Source: Methanothermus fervidus DSM 2088
Lineage (GTDB): Archaea > Methanobacteriota > Methanobacteria > DSM-2088 > Methanothermaceae
Length of the DNA stretch: 32,000 bases
NCBI GenBank assembly: GCA_000166095.1
Contig: CP002278.1
Coordinates: 510,001-542,000, forward strand
Direction of reading: 5' to 3'
The translations under genes were made by a program, and so were the position numbers. The notes below the pieces were generated by a model. It worked only from the letters and a program-made list of their open reading frames with translations, did not search any database and was not told the origin of the DNA. Shown here one piece after another: positions 17,067 to 27,077 of this stretch. The first letter of the stretch is position 1. Each line of letters begins with the position of its first letter.

Positions 17067-18293
17067 TTTTAAATTCTTTCTTTTAGTCAATTGAATCAAT
17101 TCTACAACTCCCAAACCTATAATAATTCCAGGTATAATAGACATTATTAGAGATAATGGATTCATATCCCCTATCCTTGTTAAGCCTCTAGCAAATAAAA
17201 ACATTAAAATTATCATAAAAACACTTCTAATTTCTTTCTTAATTTCATTCATAACCGTGAATATTATTGCAGATGCTATGCAAATAACCAAACCTCTACT
17301 TACAGTAACACCGCATGTTTCTGCAAGACTAATATCTTTAATTACATAGCTTAATTTTAAGATAAGTTGTAAAACATAGGGGATTCGTAAATATGTACCA
17401 CTTCCTTCACCAGTCATTACAAATATTAAGAAATTTACAATTCCAAATGTAAAGGAAATTAATAAAAATAAGATAACAATGGTTGCAAGAGATATTCTCC
17501 AATTTATCTTTATTTTAGATCTATAAATAGCAAAACATGAAGCTATGAGTGCAACGAACATCCTAACGAGATTTCCACCACCAAGCCCTGGTATCAAACT
17601 TGCAGCGGTTAAACGATCTCTCGCATGTGAAATTATAGGCATGCCAAATAATCTGCTTGTATAAAGAAATACTGCTTCTGTGATACAAATTATCCCAACT
17701 ATGAATATTAATGAATTTTTTAAATTATTTTCAAGAGAATATTTAGTTATCCAAAAAGCTAAAACTCCAACCAAAATAAAAGATAATATAGCTTCTATTA
17801 TTGCTGCTATTATAAATAAACTTGGGAAATTTAAAATACGGTGTTTATTTATTTTATTTTTGAGGTTTTCAGCAGTCTTTACAGGGTCTTTAGATAATAT
17901 TACGTTTTTCTCGTTTTTAGACATTGTCATAATAGCTTTTCCAACTTCTCCTTTCCTATTATCATCAACAATAATGAATTTTTTGTCTGCTTTAATTACC
18001 TCCAAAGAATCAATTAAATTCTGCTTTCTCAGTTCATTTTTTGGTAAGTTAAATTTACCTAATATTACGACATCAAATTCCTGAGAGTATGCAGCATGTA
18101 AAAGATAAAATCCACCAACAATGTCTAAATCAGATATAGTATACACCTTATATCCAGGTATATTCATGTGTGTGACATTTTCATCTAGCACCAGAACTGT
18201 TGGTTGAGGATTTGGACCAAAAATTAAAGCTACCAATATCATTGTTATTATTAAAGTCCCAAATAATGAAGGAACACTTAGCTTTACATTCAC
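17040..18293 (-). CDS. Hypothetical polytopic membrane protein with an N-terminal anchored soluble domain
   Basis: 417 aa with a GTG start preceded by GGTGG. It has an N-terminal TM helix, then a ~130-aa hydrophilic alpha/beta-looking segment, then about 7 hydrophobic helices. I recognise no family. Confidence 0.6.
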   Translation of the reverse strand: MNVKLSVPSLFGTLIITMILVALIFGPNPQPTVLVLDENVTHMNIPGYKVYTISDLDIVGGFYLLHAAYSQEFDVVILGKFNLPKNELRKQNLIDSLEVIKADKKFIIVDDNRKGEVGKAIMTMSKNEKNVILSKDPVKTAENLKNKINKHRILNFPSLFIIAAIIEAILSFILVGVLAFWITKYSLENNLKNSLIFIVGIICITEAVFLYTSRLFGMPIISHARDRLTAASLIPGLGGGNLVRMFVALIASCFAIYRSKIKINWRISLATIVILFLLISFTFGIVNFLIFVMTGEGSGTYLRIPYVLQLILKLSYVIKDISLAETCGVTVSRGLVICIASAIIFTVMNEIKKEIRSVFMIILMFLFARGLTRIGDMNPLSLIMSIIPGIIIGLGVVELIQLTKRKNLKLFFRKKVR

Positions 18294-18482
18294 TTTACCA
18301 CCAATCGAGCTAAATTTTAGTAAATTGGCAATAAAATAATTTTTTACTTCTAAAATTTTTACTTATTTCAATTCTTGATAAAATTTTTCCTCTTATCATG
18401 AGATGTATTAAAGAAAATTTAATGTTGTTGTATGTACAAAAATATTACAAGCTAAAAAATATTGACAACCGGTGAGTTAAAA

Positions 18483-19625
18483 ATGCTAATTGAAACTCCA
18501 AGGCATTTTGAAACTATTGGCGCTGTCAAACTTTATGATATACAACGAGTTATCAAATTGGATTCCGAATTATCTGATAATCCTTTGTTTTACACTTTTT
18601 CAAAATCAGATTTACATAAAGTTTTAAATGATCTTTCTATTGTAATTCCAATAAAAAACGAAAGAATTAATTTATTTGATGGTGCATTACGTTCAATCCC
18701 TCATAATTGTCCAATAATTGTAGTGTCAAATAGCAATGAAAAAAGATGTAAAGTTGAAAAGGAAGTTGTTAAACAATTTTACAATGTCACAGAACATCCT
18801 ATAATGTATATCCACCAAAAAGACCCAAATGTTGCCCTAGCGTTTAAAGAATTAAAATATTATGATATACTCAATGGCAAAGGTGAATTTGTGAGAGATG
18901 GCAAAGGAGAAGGCATGATAATTGGTATTTTAGTGGCAAAAGCAATTGGAAGTAAATATGTTGGATTTGTAGATGCAGATAATTATCTACCATCTTCGAT
19001 TTATGAATATGTTTTGGATTTTGCTGCAGGCATTAAAATGTCAAAATCTCCATATTCTATGGTAAGGCTTAGATGGAAATATAAGCCTAAATTAATAAAA
19101 AACAAAGTTTACTTTAAAAGATGGGGTCGTGTGTCACGAGTAACAAACAAATTCTTAAATAAACTCATAGGACATTATCTTGGGTATAAAACTACAATAA
19201 TGAAGACAGCTAATTCTGGCGAACATGCTATGAGTATTGAACTTGCTAATAAACTAGCATATTCTTCTGGTTATTCTATTGAACCATTTGAAATTATTTA
19301 TATTCTTGAGAATTTTGGGAAATCAGATGGAAACAAAATTGTTGAGATATTCCAGATAGAAACATTGAATCCACATATTCATGAAAACAAGGGGGAAGAA
19401 CATATAAATAATATGATCCACGATTCTTTGTCAACGATATATCATAGTAAGCTAGCCAATAAAAACATAAAGCTTGAAATAATTGAAGAGTTGAAGAAAA
19501 GAAATGTATTGAAAGATAAAGAAGAACCAAAGAAAAATATTATGATGTCTCCAATAGAAACTTTAGATGAAAAATCTTTTATTGAAATTGTAAGGGATTC
19601 TGAAGGATTTATAGAATTAAGGTGA
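18483..19625 (+). CDS. mpgS: Mannosyl-3-phosphoglycerate synthase (GT55)
   Basis: LSIVIPIKNERINLFDGALRSIPHNCPIIVVSNS and GFVDADNY resemble the Pyrococcus/Thermus MpgS family. I prefer the ATG at 18483 (MLIETPRHFE...) over the TTG at 18462. Confidence 0.85.
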   Translation: MLIETPRHFETIGAVKLYDIQRVIKLDSELSDNPLFYTFSKSDLHKVLNDLSIVIPIKNERINLFDGALRSIPHNCPIIVVSNSNEKRCKVEKEVVKQFYNVTEHPIMYIHQKDPNVALAFKELKYYDILNGKGEFVRDGKGEGMIIGILVAKAIGSKYVGFVDADNYLPSSIYEYVLDFAAGIKMSKSPYSMVRLRWKYKPKLIKNKVYFKRWGRVSRVTNKFLNKLIGHYLGYKTTIMKTANSGEHAMSIELANKLAYSSGYSIEPFEIIYILENFGKSDGNKIVEIFQIETLNPHIHENKGEEHINNMIHDSLSTIYHSKLANKNIKLEIIEELKKRNVLKDKEEPKKNIMMSPIETLDEKSFIEIVRDSEGFIELR

Positions 19626-20413
19626 TTATTTTGTATGTTATTTTTACAGATCTAGATAATACTTTACTTGACAGTAGGTATTCATATGAAGATGCAAAAG
19701 ATGTATTAGAGATATTGAAGGAAAAAGAGATTCCTATAGTGTTTTGTTCTGCAAAAACTAAATATGAACAAGAAGTTATAAGGAAAAAAATTGGAATCAA
19801 GGACCCTTTCATTGTTGAAGATGGGTCGGCCATATACATACCAAAAAATTACTTTGGATCACGTAAGGGAAAAGTTATAGATGATTATGAGGTTATAGTG
19901 TTAGGAACTAAAATAAATAAAATACGAGAAGAAATAGAAAAACTTCAAAGAAAATATCATATAATCGGGTATCAGGACATGAGTATCAAAGAAATTTCAG
20001 AAGTTACAGGTCTTAATTTTAAAGATTCAAAATTAGCAAAAAATAGGGAGTTTAGTGAGACTATTGTAGAGGCTGAAAATAAAGCAATTGAAGAACTAAA
20101 GAAAAAATTTAATGTAGTAATAGGTGGAAGATTTATCCATGTATTTGGTAAAAACGCTGACAAAGGAAAAGCTGTTAAATTATTAACAAAATTCTATAAA
20201 GAAAAATATGGGGAAGTAAAAACGATAGGCATTGGTGATTCCTATACAGATGAACCTATGCTAAGAGTTGTAGACATTCCTGCAATAGTGAAGGGACAAG
20301 ATGGTAAATGGGTAAATTTAAAAATTAAGAACCTATATAGAGCTAATGGCGTTGGACCAAAAGGATGGTCAAAAGTTATAAAAAAATTCATTTTGAGTGA
20401 TAAAGATGTCTAA
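19622..20413 (+). CDS. mpgP: Mannosyl-3-phosphoglycerate phosphatase (HAD-IIB)
   Basis: HAD motif I IFTDLDNTLL, motif II CSAKT, motif IV GIGDSYTDEPML. The GTG start overlaps the mpgS stop (GTGA). Confidence 0.8.
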   Translation: MIILYVIFTDLDNTLLDSRYSYEDAKDVLEILKEKEIPIVFCSAKTKYEQEVIRKKIGIKDPFIVEDGSAIYIPKNYFGSRKGKVIDDYEVIVLGTKINKIREEIEKLQRKYHIIGYQDMSIKEISEVTGLNFKDSKLAKNREFSETIVEAENKAIEELKKKFNVVIGGRFIHVFGKNADKGKAVKLLTKFYKEKYGEVKTIGIGDSYTDEPMLRVVDIPAIVKGQDGKWVNLKIKNLYRANGVGPKGWSKVIKKFILSDKDV

Positions 20414-22946
20414 TAATAAGTATGTTATCCATTTAGTTCCACATACCCATTATGATGCTGTGTGGGTTTTCACAAAAGAAGACTATTTCTACATTAATAT
20501 TGACATGATTTTAAAGAAAGTTTTAAAATTGATTGAAAATTCTGAGGAATACAAATTTCTGTTAGAGCAGGTATACCTTCTTGAAGAAATTGAAAAAAGA
20601 TATCCTAAGATGTTTAAAAAAATAAAGAAATATATAAAAGAAGGCAGGATAGAAATCGCAGATGGAGAATATTTAATGGCAGACACAATGTTGCCACAGG
20701 AAGAAACATTAGTAAGAGAAATAATGGTGGGTAAAAATTATGTAAAGGAAAAATTTGGTGTAGATGTTGATGTAATGTGGCAAGCAGATAGTTTTGGTCT
20801 CAATGCTCAATTACCTCAAATTTATAGGAAATGTGGATACAAATATTTAGCATTTCGTAGAGGTTCTCCTGAGAATAATCCATCTGAATTTTTGTGGGAA
20901 GGATTAGATGGTACACGAATTTTATCACATTTTATGCCACTTGGATATAGGGCTGGGTTAAATCTCGAAAAAATAGATGAAAACTTTAAAAAATTAAAGG
21001 AACTATCAGCAACTAATCACATATTGATGCCCTCTGGTAGCGGAGTTACAATGCCTCAAAAAGAAACAATTGAATTTGTTAAAAAGTGGAACAGAAGCCA
21101 TAAAAATTCAAAAATAAAAATTTCTACACCTAAAGAATTTTTTAAGTCATTAGAGGATTTAAATCCTGATTTACCAATAAGAAAAGGTGAAATGTATAGT
21201 GGTAAATATTCCGAAGTATTTCCAGACGTTGCATCCAGTAGAATATGGATAAAAAAAGCACTAAGAAAATTTGAAAATTGGCTTTATACCTTTGAAAGAT
21301 TCTCAACAATTAATTTTTTGTTAAATTCACATTATCCAGAGGAGCTTCCTGAATCATGGAAAAAATTGTTATTTATGGCATTTCATGATGTAGCTCCTGG
21401 AACTGGCGTAGATGTGTGTTATAATGAAGTTAAAGAAAATATAAAATCTTTAGAAAGATTATTAAATGATTTAACTCCACAAATTTTGATGTCAATAGTT
21501 GAGAAGGGAGATAAGGAAGGAGACGTTGTAGTATATAATCCATTGTCATGGGACTCAAAAAATTGGGTAGAAGTAGATTTAAAATTTGATAAAGGAGCTA
21601 TAAAAGATATCAAGGGACTGAAATGTGGTGAAGAAGAAATAGATGTGGAAGTTATAAAATTTAGGAAGTATGACGATGGTTCTATAAAGACAGCCAGAAT
21701 TGGTTTTATTGCAGAAGTTCCTGCCCTTGGTTATAAAATATATAAGATATTACAGCGACCCCCAAAATCAAAGACAGGTGTTCTGGAAGTTAGTGATAAC
21801 AGTGTCCGCAATAAATTTTTTGAAATTAAATTCTCCCCAGATACTGGTTTGATTAAAATTGTGAAAAATGGCGAAGAAATATGTGAAGGAAATGAAATTG
21901 TGATTGAAGAAGAAATAGGCGATTTATACTATCATAAAGAGGGGATTAGTGGTCCATTAAAAACAGAGTCAGGTGAAGGTATAAAGTACGGTGCATTCAA
22001 AGTTAAAGACATTAAAATAACTGGATCGAAATTAAGAAAAATTATTAACATTGCTGTGGATTATTATTCTTTGAGATGGCCATATAGATTAACAAAAAAA
22101 TGGAAACCAAGAATTTGGAGACATAAATTCCTGAAATGTAAGAAAAAAATTATTGTGTATAGAGATATTCCAAGGATAGATTTTGTTATAGATGTCGAAA
22201 ATAGACATCCAAGGACCAGACTTAGAGTTAAGTTTAATACACCAATTGATGAACCAACATATAAATCAGATACTCAATTTGGTGCTATAACTAGAAAAAC
22301 AAATCAATATTATTTTAATCCAAAAGATTGGAAAGAAAAACCTAGTGGTGTCTACCCAACACTTCGGTGGATAGATTATAGTAATGGGAAGATAGGTGTA
22401 GCATTAATCAATTTTGGGAACCCAGAACATGAAATAAGAGATAGGACGATATATCTCACATTATTGAGATCTGTAGATGTTCTTTCAACTGATGGAAAAC
22501 CTGGTCCTGTAATCCCTGTCCCTGATGCAAGAGAATTTAAAAGATATGAATTTTGGTATTCCATTTATCCACATACAGGTAATTGGAAAGATAGTAAAGT
22601 CTATAAGCAAGGGTATGAATTTAATTATGGATTAATTGGATTTCAAATTAATAAAAAAGTTTCTGAAAACAAAAAATCCTTCCTAAAAATAGAACCTGAT
22701 AACGTAATATTAACAGCGTTCAAAAAATCAGAAAGGGATGATTCTGTAATTATAAGATTCTACGAGGCTGCTGGCATTGAAAGCGATGTTAAGATTAAGC
22801 TATTTAAAAAACCTAAAAATGTAGAAACTGTCGACATATTAGAAAGAAAAACTAATGAATTTAATAAAAATTTAAAAGTAGAAAATAATAAAATATACCT
22901 CAAAATTAAACCTTTTGAAATCATAACACTTAAATTGAAATTTTAA
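20406..22946 (+). CDS. GH38-family alpha-mannosidase-like glycoside hydrolase
   Basis: N-terminal HLVPHTHYDAVW (GH38 HxHxDxxW metal/catalytic motif), QADSFG, and a length (~846 aa) typical of prokaryotic GH38. ATG 20406 overlaps the mpgP 3' end by 8 nt. Confidence 0.85.
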   Translation: MSNNKYVIHLVPHTHYDAVWVFTKEDYFYINIDMILKKVLKLIENSEEYKFLLEQVYLLEEIEKRYPKMFKKIKKYIKEGRIEIADGEYLMADTMLPQEETLVREIMVGKNYVKEKFGVDVDVMWQADSFGLNAQLPQIYRKCGYKYLAFRRGSPENNPSEFLWEGLDGTRILSHFMPLGYRAGLNLEKIDENFKKLKELSATNHILMPSGSGVTMPQKETIEFVKKWNRSHKNSKIKISTPKEFFKSLEDLNPDLPIRKGEMYSGKYSEVFPDVASSRIWIKKALRKFENWLYTFERFSTINFLLNSHYPEELPESWKKLLFMAFHDVAPGTGVDVCYNEVKENIKSLERLLNDLTPQILMSIVEKGDKEGDVVVYNPLSWDSKNWVEVDLKFDKGAIKDIKGLKCGEEEIDVEVIKFRKYDDGSIKTARIGFIAEVPALGYKIYKILQRPPKSKTGVLEVSDNSVRNKFFEIKFSPDTGLIKIVKNGEEICEGNEIVIEEEIGDLYYHKEGISGPLKTESGEGIKYGAFKVKDIKITGSKLRKIINIAVDYYSLRWPYRLTKKWKPRIWRHKFLKCKKKIIVYRDIPRIDFVIDVENRHPRTRLRVKFNTPIDEPTYKSDTQFGAITRKTNQYYFNPKDWKEKPSGVYPTLRWIDYSNGKIGVALINFGNPEHEIRDRTIYLTLLRSVDVLSTDGKPGPVIPVPDAREFKRYEFWYSIYPHTGNWKDSKVYKQGYEFNYGLIGFQINKKVSENKKSFLKIEPDNVILTAFKKSERDDSVIIRFYEAAGIESDVKIKLFKKPKNVETVDILERKTNEFNKNLKVENNKIYLKIKPFEIITLKLKF

Positions 22947-22958
22947 GGGAGGAAAAAC

Positions 22959-24314
22959 ATGGGGAAATTATTTGGAACATTTGGTGTAAGAAAAATAGCA
23001 AACAAAGGATTAACACCAGAATTTGCATCAAAGTTAGCTTGTGCCTATGGATCATTAGTTGATGGTAAAATAGCAGTTGGTGGAGATACAAGAACTTCTA
23101 CAATCATGATCAAACACGCAGTAATAGCAGGTTTACTTTCTAGTGGTTGTGATGTTGTAGATCTTGGTATTTTACCTACACCAGCAGTCCAATATGCTGT
23201 AAGAAATTATTATGATGGTGGAGTTATTATAACTGCTTCACATAATCCTCCTCAATATAATGGAATAAAATTTGTAGATGAAGATGGAATAGGTATACCA
23301 AAAAATATGGAAGATAAAGTTGAAAATTTGTTTTTTAAGAACAAATTTAAGAGAGTTAAATGGGAAAACATTGGTAAGATAGAAAATGTGGATATACTTG
23401 ATGAATACAAGAACGAAATCATAAAGAGAGTTAACAAAGATGTAATAGAGGATTCAAACATAAAAGTTGTAGTGGATGCTGGTTGTGGAGCTGCATCTTA
23501 TGTAACCCCTTATGTCTTAAGAGAACTTGGATGTGAAGTAATTACTTTAAATTGTCAGCCAGATGGATTTTTCCCAGGTAGAAATCCAGAGCCTACAGAA
23601 GAAAATTTAAAAGATCTAATGAAGACTGTTAAGGCAGTTGGAGCAGATATTGGAATTGCACATGATGGGGACGCTGATAGGACTATATGTATAGACGAGA
23701 ATGGAAATTTTGTTTATGGTGACAAAACATTTGCACTAGTGGAAAAAAAGATGTTACAAGATAATGGCGGTGGATTGATTGTAACAACGGTTGCAACTTC
23801 ATCAGTTATATATGATGTAGCAGAAGAGTATGGTGGAGAGGTTGTAACAACGCCTGTTGGAGATCTATTAGTTGCTAGAGAATTAAAAAGAAGAAATGGT
23901 TTGTTTGGCGGAGAAGAAAACGGAGGACTTATATTTCCAGACTTTGTATATGGGCGAGATGGAGCACTTTCAGCTGCTAAAATAGTTGAAATAATGGCAG
24001 AAGAGAAAAAACCACTTTCAAAACTTGTTGCAGAACTTCCACAATATTATTCAGAAAAAGAGAAAGTTGAGTGTCCAGAAGAAATGAAAGACGAGGTACT
24101 GAAAAAATTGTTGGAGAAGGTTGAAAATGACCCATCTGTGAAAAATATAGATACAACTGATGGTGTTAAAGTATTTAAGGATGAAGGCTGGGTAATCATG
24201 CGTCCATCTGGCACTGAGCCTATATTTAGATGTTTTGCTGAAAGTAAAAACAAAGAAGATGCAAAAAAATTAGTTAAATGGGGAATTAAATTAATTAAGG
24301 AATGTAAAACTTAA
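22959..24314 (+). CDS. Phosphomannomutase / phosphoglucomutase-family phosphohexomutase
   Basis: Active-site TASHNPPQYNGIK, metal loop AHDGDADR, sugar loop GGEENGG, phosphate loop RPSGTEP. GGGAGG SD lies upstream of the ATG. Confidence 0.85.
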   Translation: MGKLFGTFGVRKIANKGLTPEFASKLACAYGSLVDGKIAVGGDTRTSTIMIKHAVIAGLLSSGCDVVDLGILPTPAVQYAVRNYYDGGVIITASHNPPQYNGIKFVDEDGIGIPKNMEDKVENLFFKNKFKRVKWENIGKIENVDILDEYKNEIIKRVNKDVIEDSNIKVVVDAGCGAASYVTPYVLRELGCEVITLNCQPDGFFPGRNPEPTEENLKDLMKTVKAVGADIGIAHDGDADRTICIDENGNFVYGDKTFALVEKKMLQDNGGGLIVTTVATSSVIYDVAEEYGGEVVTTPVGDLLVARELKRRNGLFGGEENGGLIFPDFVYGRDGALSAAKIVEIMAEEKKPLSKLVAELPQYYSEKEKVECPEEMKDEVLKKLLEKVENDPSVKNIDTTDGVKVFKDEGWVIMRPSGTEPIFRCFAESKNKEDAKKLVKWGIKLIKECKT

Positions 24315-24463
24315 ACAAATTTAGTTTTATTAGGAAAGCCGAAAGTTTTTTATACTACAAAAGTATTAAAAGGAATATACTTACTTAACAAATTTTAGAA
24401 AATTTTTTATTGAAAAATTCTGTGCAGGAACCTATGTAAACTACAAAAATTTTAGGTGAGTGG

Positions 24464-24877
24464 ATGGATCAATATTTACCCCCAGATAAAATAATGATAT
24501 TAATACTATCTTTTTTGGCATTTTTAACAATAATAATAGTTGCAATTCAATGGAGACGCGTTAGAGAAGCTGAAAATAATGTAAAATTATTGGAAAAGGA
24601 AATTGAATTAAAAAAAATAGCATTAGTTGAAAAAGACATTGAAGCAAAGAAATTAATGGAGTCAGCCATTACATTGCCTAAAGACCAGCAAGAGAAATTA
24701 GCAAAAATAAGAAAAGATACATCTAAATTAATGAAGCAAATCAGGTATCTACAAAATGAAATTGAAGTTAGATTATCTAGACTTGAAGCACAAACAGAAT
24801 TTAAAAAATTACAAGAAATGCTTAAAAAGATAAAAAATAAAGAATCGGAATTAGAAAGAAGATTAAAGAAATTCTAG
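24464..24877 (+). CDS. N-terminally membrane-anchored coiled-coil protein (hypothetical)
   Basis: 137 aa. One TM helix (ILILSFLAFLTIIIVAI), then a heptad-rich, Lys/Glu-rich sequence. GGTGAG SD. Confidence 0.5.
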   Translation: MDQYLPPDKIMILILSFLAFLTIIIVAIQWRRVREAENNVKLLEKEIELKKIALVEKDIEAKKLMESAITLPKDQQEKLAKIRKDTSKLMKQIRYLQNEIEVRLSRLEAQTEFKKLQEMLKKIKNKESELERRLKKF

Positions 24878-24887
24878 GAGTGAGATT

Positions 24888-25328
24888 ATGAGTCCTGCAG
24901 AATTGTTGGCTGTTCTAATTTTGGCAGGTGCAATATTGCTTTTAATATATTATTACATAAATGAACCAAGGCAAATAGATGTAGTGAAGTCTAGAGTGCT
25001 TGGTAGGAGAGAAGGAGAAATGACTAAGAAGGCATATAAAATTGGTGACAAAATAATGTCTAAAGTGAAAGAAGTACCAATCAGTACAGATACAATATCA
25101 AAAAAAATAGATGCATTTTTAGAAGAGAAAAGTGATGAATTAATAAAAGATTGGTCACTAGCAACTAAAGACGACATTTCAAAATTAGAAAAGCGGTTAA
25201 ACGCTGTTTTTAGAAACATAGATGAGTTAGAACATAGATTCAATGAATATAGAGAACATACAAATAGAAAGTTTAAATCTATTGAAGAAAGAATAAAAAG
25301 ACTAGAAGAAAGTGTATTTAAAAAATGA
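24888..25328 (+). CDS. N-terminally membrane-anchored coiled-coil protein (hypothetical; phasin/UbiK-like LATKDDI..LE motif)
   Basis: 146 aa. TM helix LLAVLILAGAILLLIYYY, then WSLATKDDISKLEKRLNAVFRNIDELEHRF. AGGAGTG SD. Confidence 0.5.
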   Translation: MSPAELLAVLILAGAILLLIYYYINEPRQIDVVKSRVLGRREGEMTKKAYKIGDKIMSKVKEVPISTDTISKKIDAFLEEKSDELIKDWSLATKDDISKLEKRLNAVFRNIDELEHRFNEYREHTNRKFKSIEERIKRLEESVFKK

Positions 25329-25338
25329 CTTGAGGTAA

Positions 25339-25731
25339 ATGATGGATGACAGAGATATATCTTTAATTGCAGGAGTTGGTGTATTAGTAGGTATTATTGG
25401 GATAATCATTACTTCCAACATGTCACTGACACCTGAAGTTAAGATAGACCAAATAGGGCAGGAAAGTATTGGTAAAAAAATAAAGATCAGTGGTTTTGTT
25501 GAGAAGATTTCAAAGTCTAAGAGCGGTACATATTTTTTAACAGTTAGGGATTGCAGTGGATTAATACCTGTAGTAATCTTTTCGTCTCTTGCAGAAAAAA
25601 TGAAAGATAATGGTATCATAATTGAAGAATTTAGCAAAAAATTTATAAATGTTGAAGGAAGAGTCTCTGTGTACAAAGGAGAACTCGAAATTATACCAGA
25701 TTCTAAAACAAGTATAAAGGAGTGCATATGA
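25339..25731 (+). CDS. Membrane-anchored OB-fold domain protein (hypothetical)
   Basis: 130 aa. A TM helix is followed by KIKISGFVEKISKSKSGTYFLTVRDCSGLIPVVIF...INVEGRVSVYKGELEI, which matches the tRNA_anti-like OB-fold pattern. Confidence 0.55.
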   Translation: MMDDRDISLIAGVGVLVGIIGIIITSNMSLTPEVKIDQIGQESIGKKIKISGFVEKISKSKSGTYFLTVRDCSGLIPVVIFSSLAEKMKDNGIIIEEFSKKFINVEGRVSVYKGELEIIPDSKTSIKECI

Positions 25732-27077
25732 AAAAAAATGAACTAAAAATATTTATACCATCTTTACTGTATTTGCTTTTAGCATTAATACCAACTTTAA
25801 AATATCAATGGCCTTTAAGCTGGGATATATTTTATCATGTTCATGTGGCTAAACTTCAGTTAGAAAGCTGGCCAACTTTTTGGGATAATTTAACTTGTGC
25901 ACCATATGGAAGACCAATTTATTATCCTCCATTATTTCATTATTTTCTTTCTTTTTTTGCATGGATTTTAAATTTAAACCCACTATTACTTGCAAAATTC
26001 TTACAACCTGTGTTTGCATCTCTAACAATGTTATCATTTACATATTTTATAAGTAAAATATATGATGCCAGAATGGCAGTTTTATCTGGATTTATGTTAT
26101 TTTTATCACCATTATTTTTCAGGATGATGTTACCAATACCAGAAACAATGGCAATGATTTTTGTGCCAGCTGCATTTTATTTTTATTTTAAAAACACTCA
26201 AAAAAGTAGTATAATTGCTGGAATATTTTTAGGTTTGAGTTCTTTAACACATCTTCTAACTGCAGGCATTGCCTTAACAATTTTAACAATATTTACACTA
26301 GCAAAAAGAAGAAATAAAAATTATTGGATAATGCTTGTTGTTAGCACTATAATTCTGAGTATTTGGTTTATCCCACTTATATTAAAATATGGATATTTAT
26401 TCAGGCCTCCACCACCTGAAATAATACCTCCAACGAGATATCCAATGGTTCTTGGAATAATTCCATCCATCTTTGCATTGCCAGGTATTTACTTTGCATT
26501 TCAAAAAAGAAGAGAAAACAATGTTTTTATACTAGTTTGGCTGATAACAACGTTGTCAATTTCAATGCTTTACATCTTTGGTGTTAAATTACTTGTTGAT
26601 AGAATACTCTATTTTGCAATTTACCCATTGGCTACTTTGGCAAGCCTCACAATTTTAAAAATTGAAAATAGAAAAATTAGACTGTTATTGATTTTGGCAC
26701 TGATTTTTGCATCTATTATTTCTGGATATTCAACAATAAAATCTTTGAAGCCTGTAATTACTGAAAGCCAATATCAGGTTGTGAAATGGTTTGAAAAATA
26801 TGGTGATAAAAAGAGTGTAGTTATAAGTGCTGATTATAGATTAGAACCAATGATAGTTTCGATTGCAAGGCAACCAGTTTCTGCTGGGGGATATGCACCT
26901 GGAATGCTTCGAACAATTTGTATAAAAAAATATTTGGAAAATAAATTTACTGAAGAAGATATAAAAAAGGACAAAGTGAAATATGTGGTTATAAGATCAA
27001 ATATGAAAAAACCCAAGTTTGGAAAGCTAGTCTACCAAAATAAAGATTATAAAATTTACGTTCTTTCATTTCAGTAA
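25728..27077 (+). CDS. GT-C-fold-like (PMT_2/GT39-like) polytopic membrane glycosyltransferase candidate
   Basis: About 449 aa with 10 or more TM helices and a C-terminal soluble domain. The first loop, [15 protein letters not shown], resembles the acidic (F)DE(V)YH loop of GT39/ArnT-type enzymes. ATG 25728 is preceded by AAGGAG and overlaps the upstream stop (ATGA). Confidence 0.45.
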   Translation: MKKNELKIFIPSLLYLLLALIPTLKYQWPLSWDIFYHVHVAKLQLESWPTFWDNLTCAPYGRPIYYPPLFHYFLSFFAWILNLNPLLLAKFLQPVFASLTMLSFTYFISKIYDARMAVLSGFMLFLSPLFFRMMLPIPETMAMIFVPAAFYFYFKNTQKSSIIAGIFLGLSSLTHLLTAGIALTILTIFTLAKRRNKNYWIMLVVSTIILSIWFIPLILKYGYLFRPPPPEIIPPTRYPMVLGIIPSIFALPGIYFAFQKRRENNVFILVWLITTLSISMLYIFGVKLLVDRILYFAIYPLATLASLTILKIENRKIRLLLILALIFASIISGYSTIKSLKPVITESQYQVVKWFEKYGDKKSVVISADYRLEPMIVSIARQPVSAGGYAPGMLRTICIKKYLENKFTEEDIKKDKVKYVVIRSNMKKPKFGKLVYQNKDYKIYVLSFQ

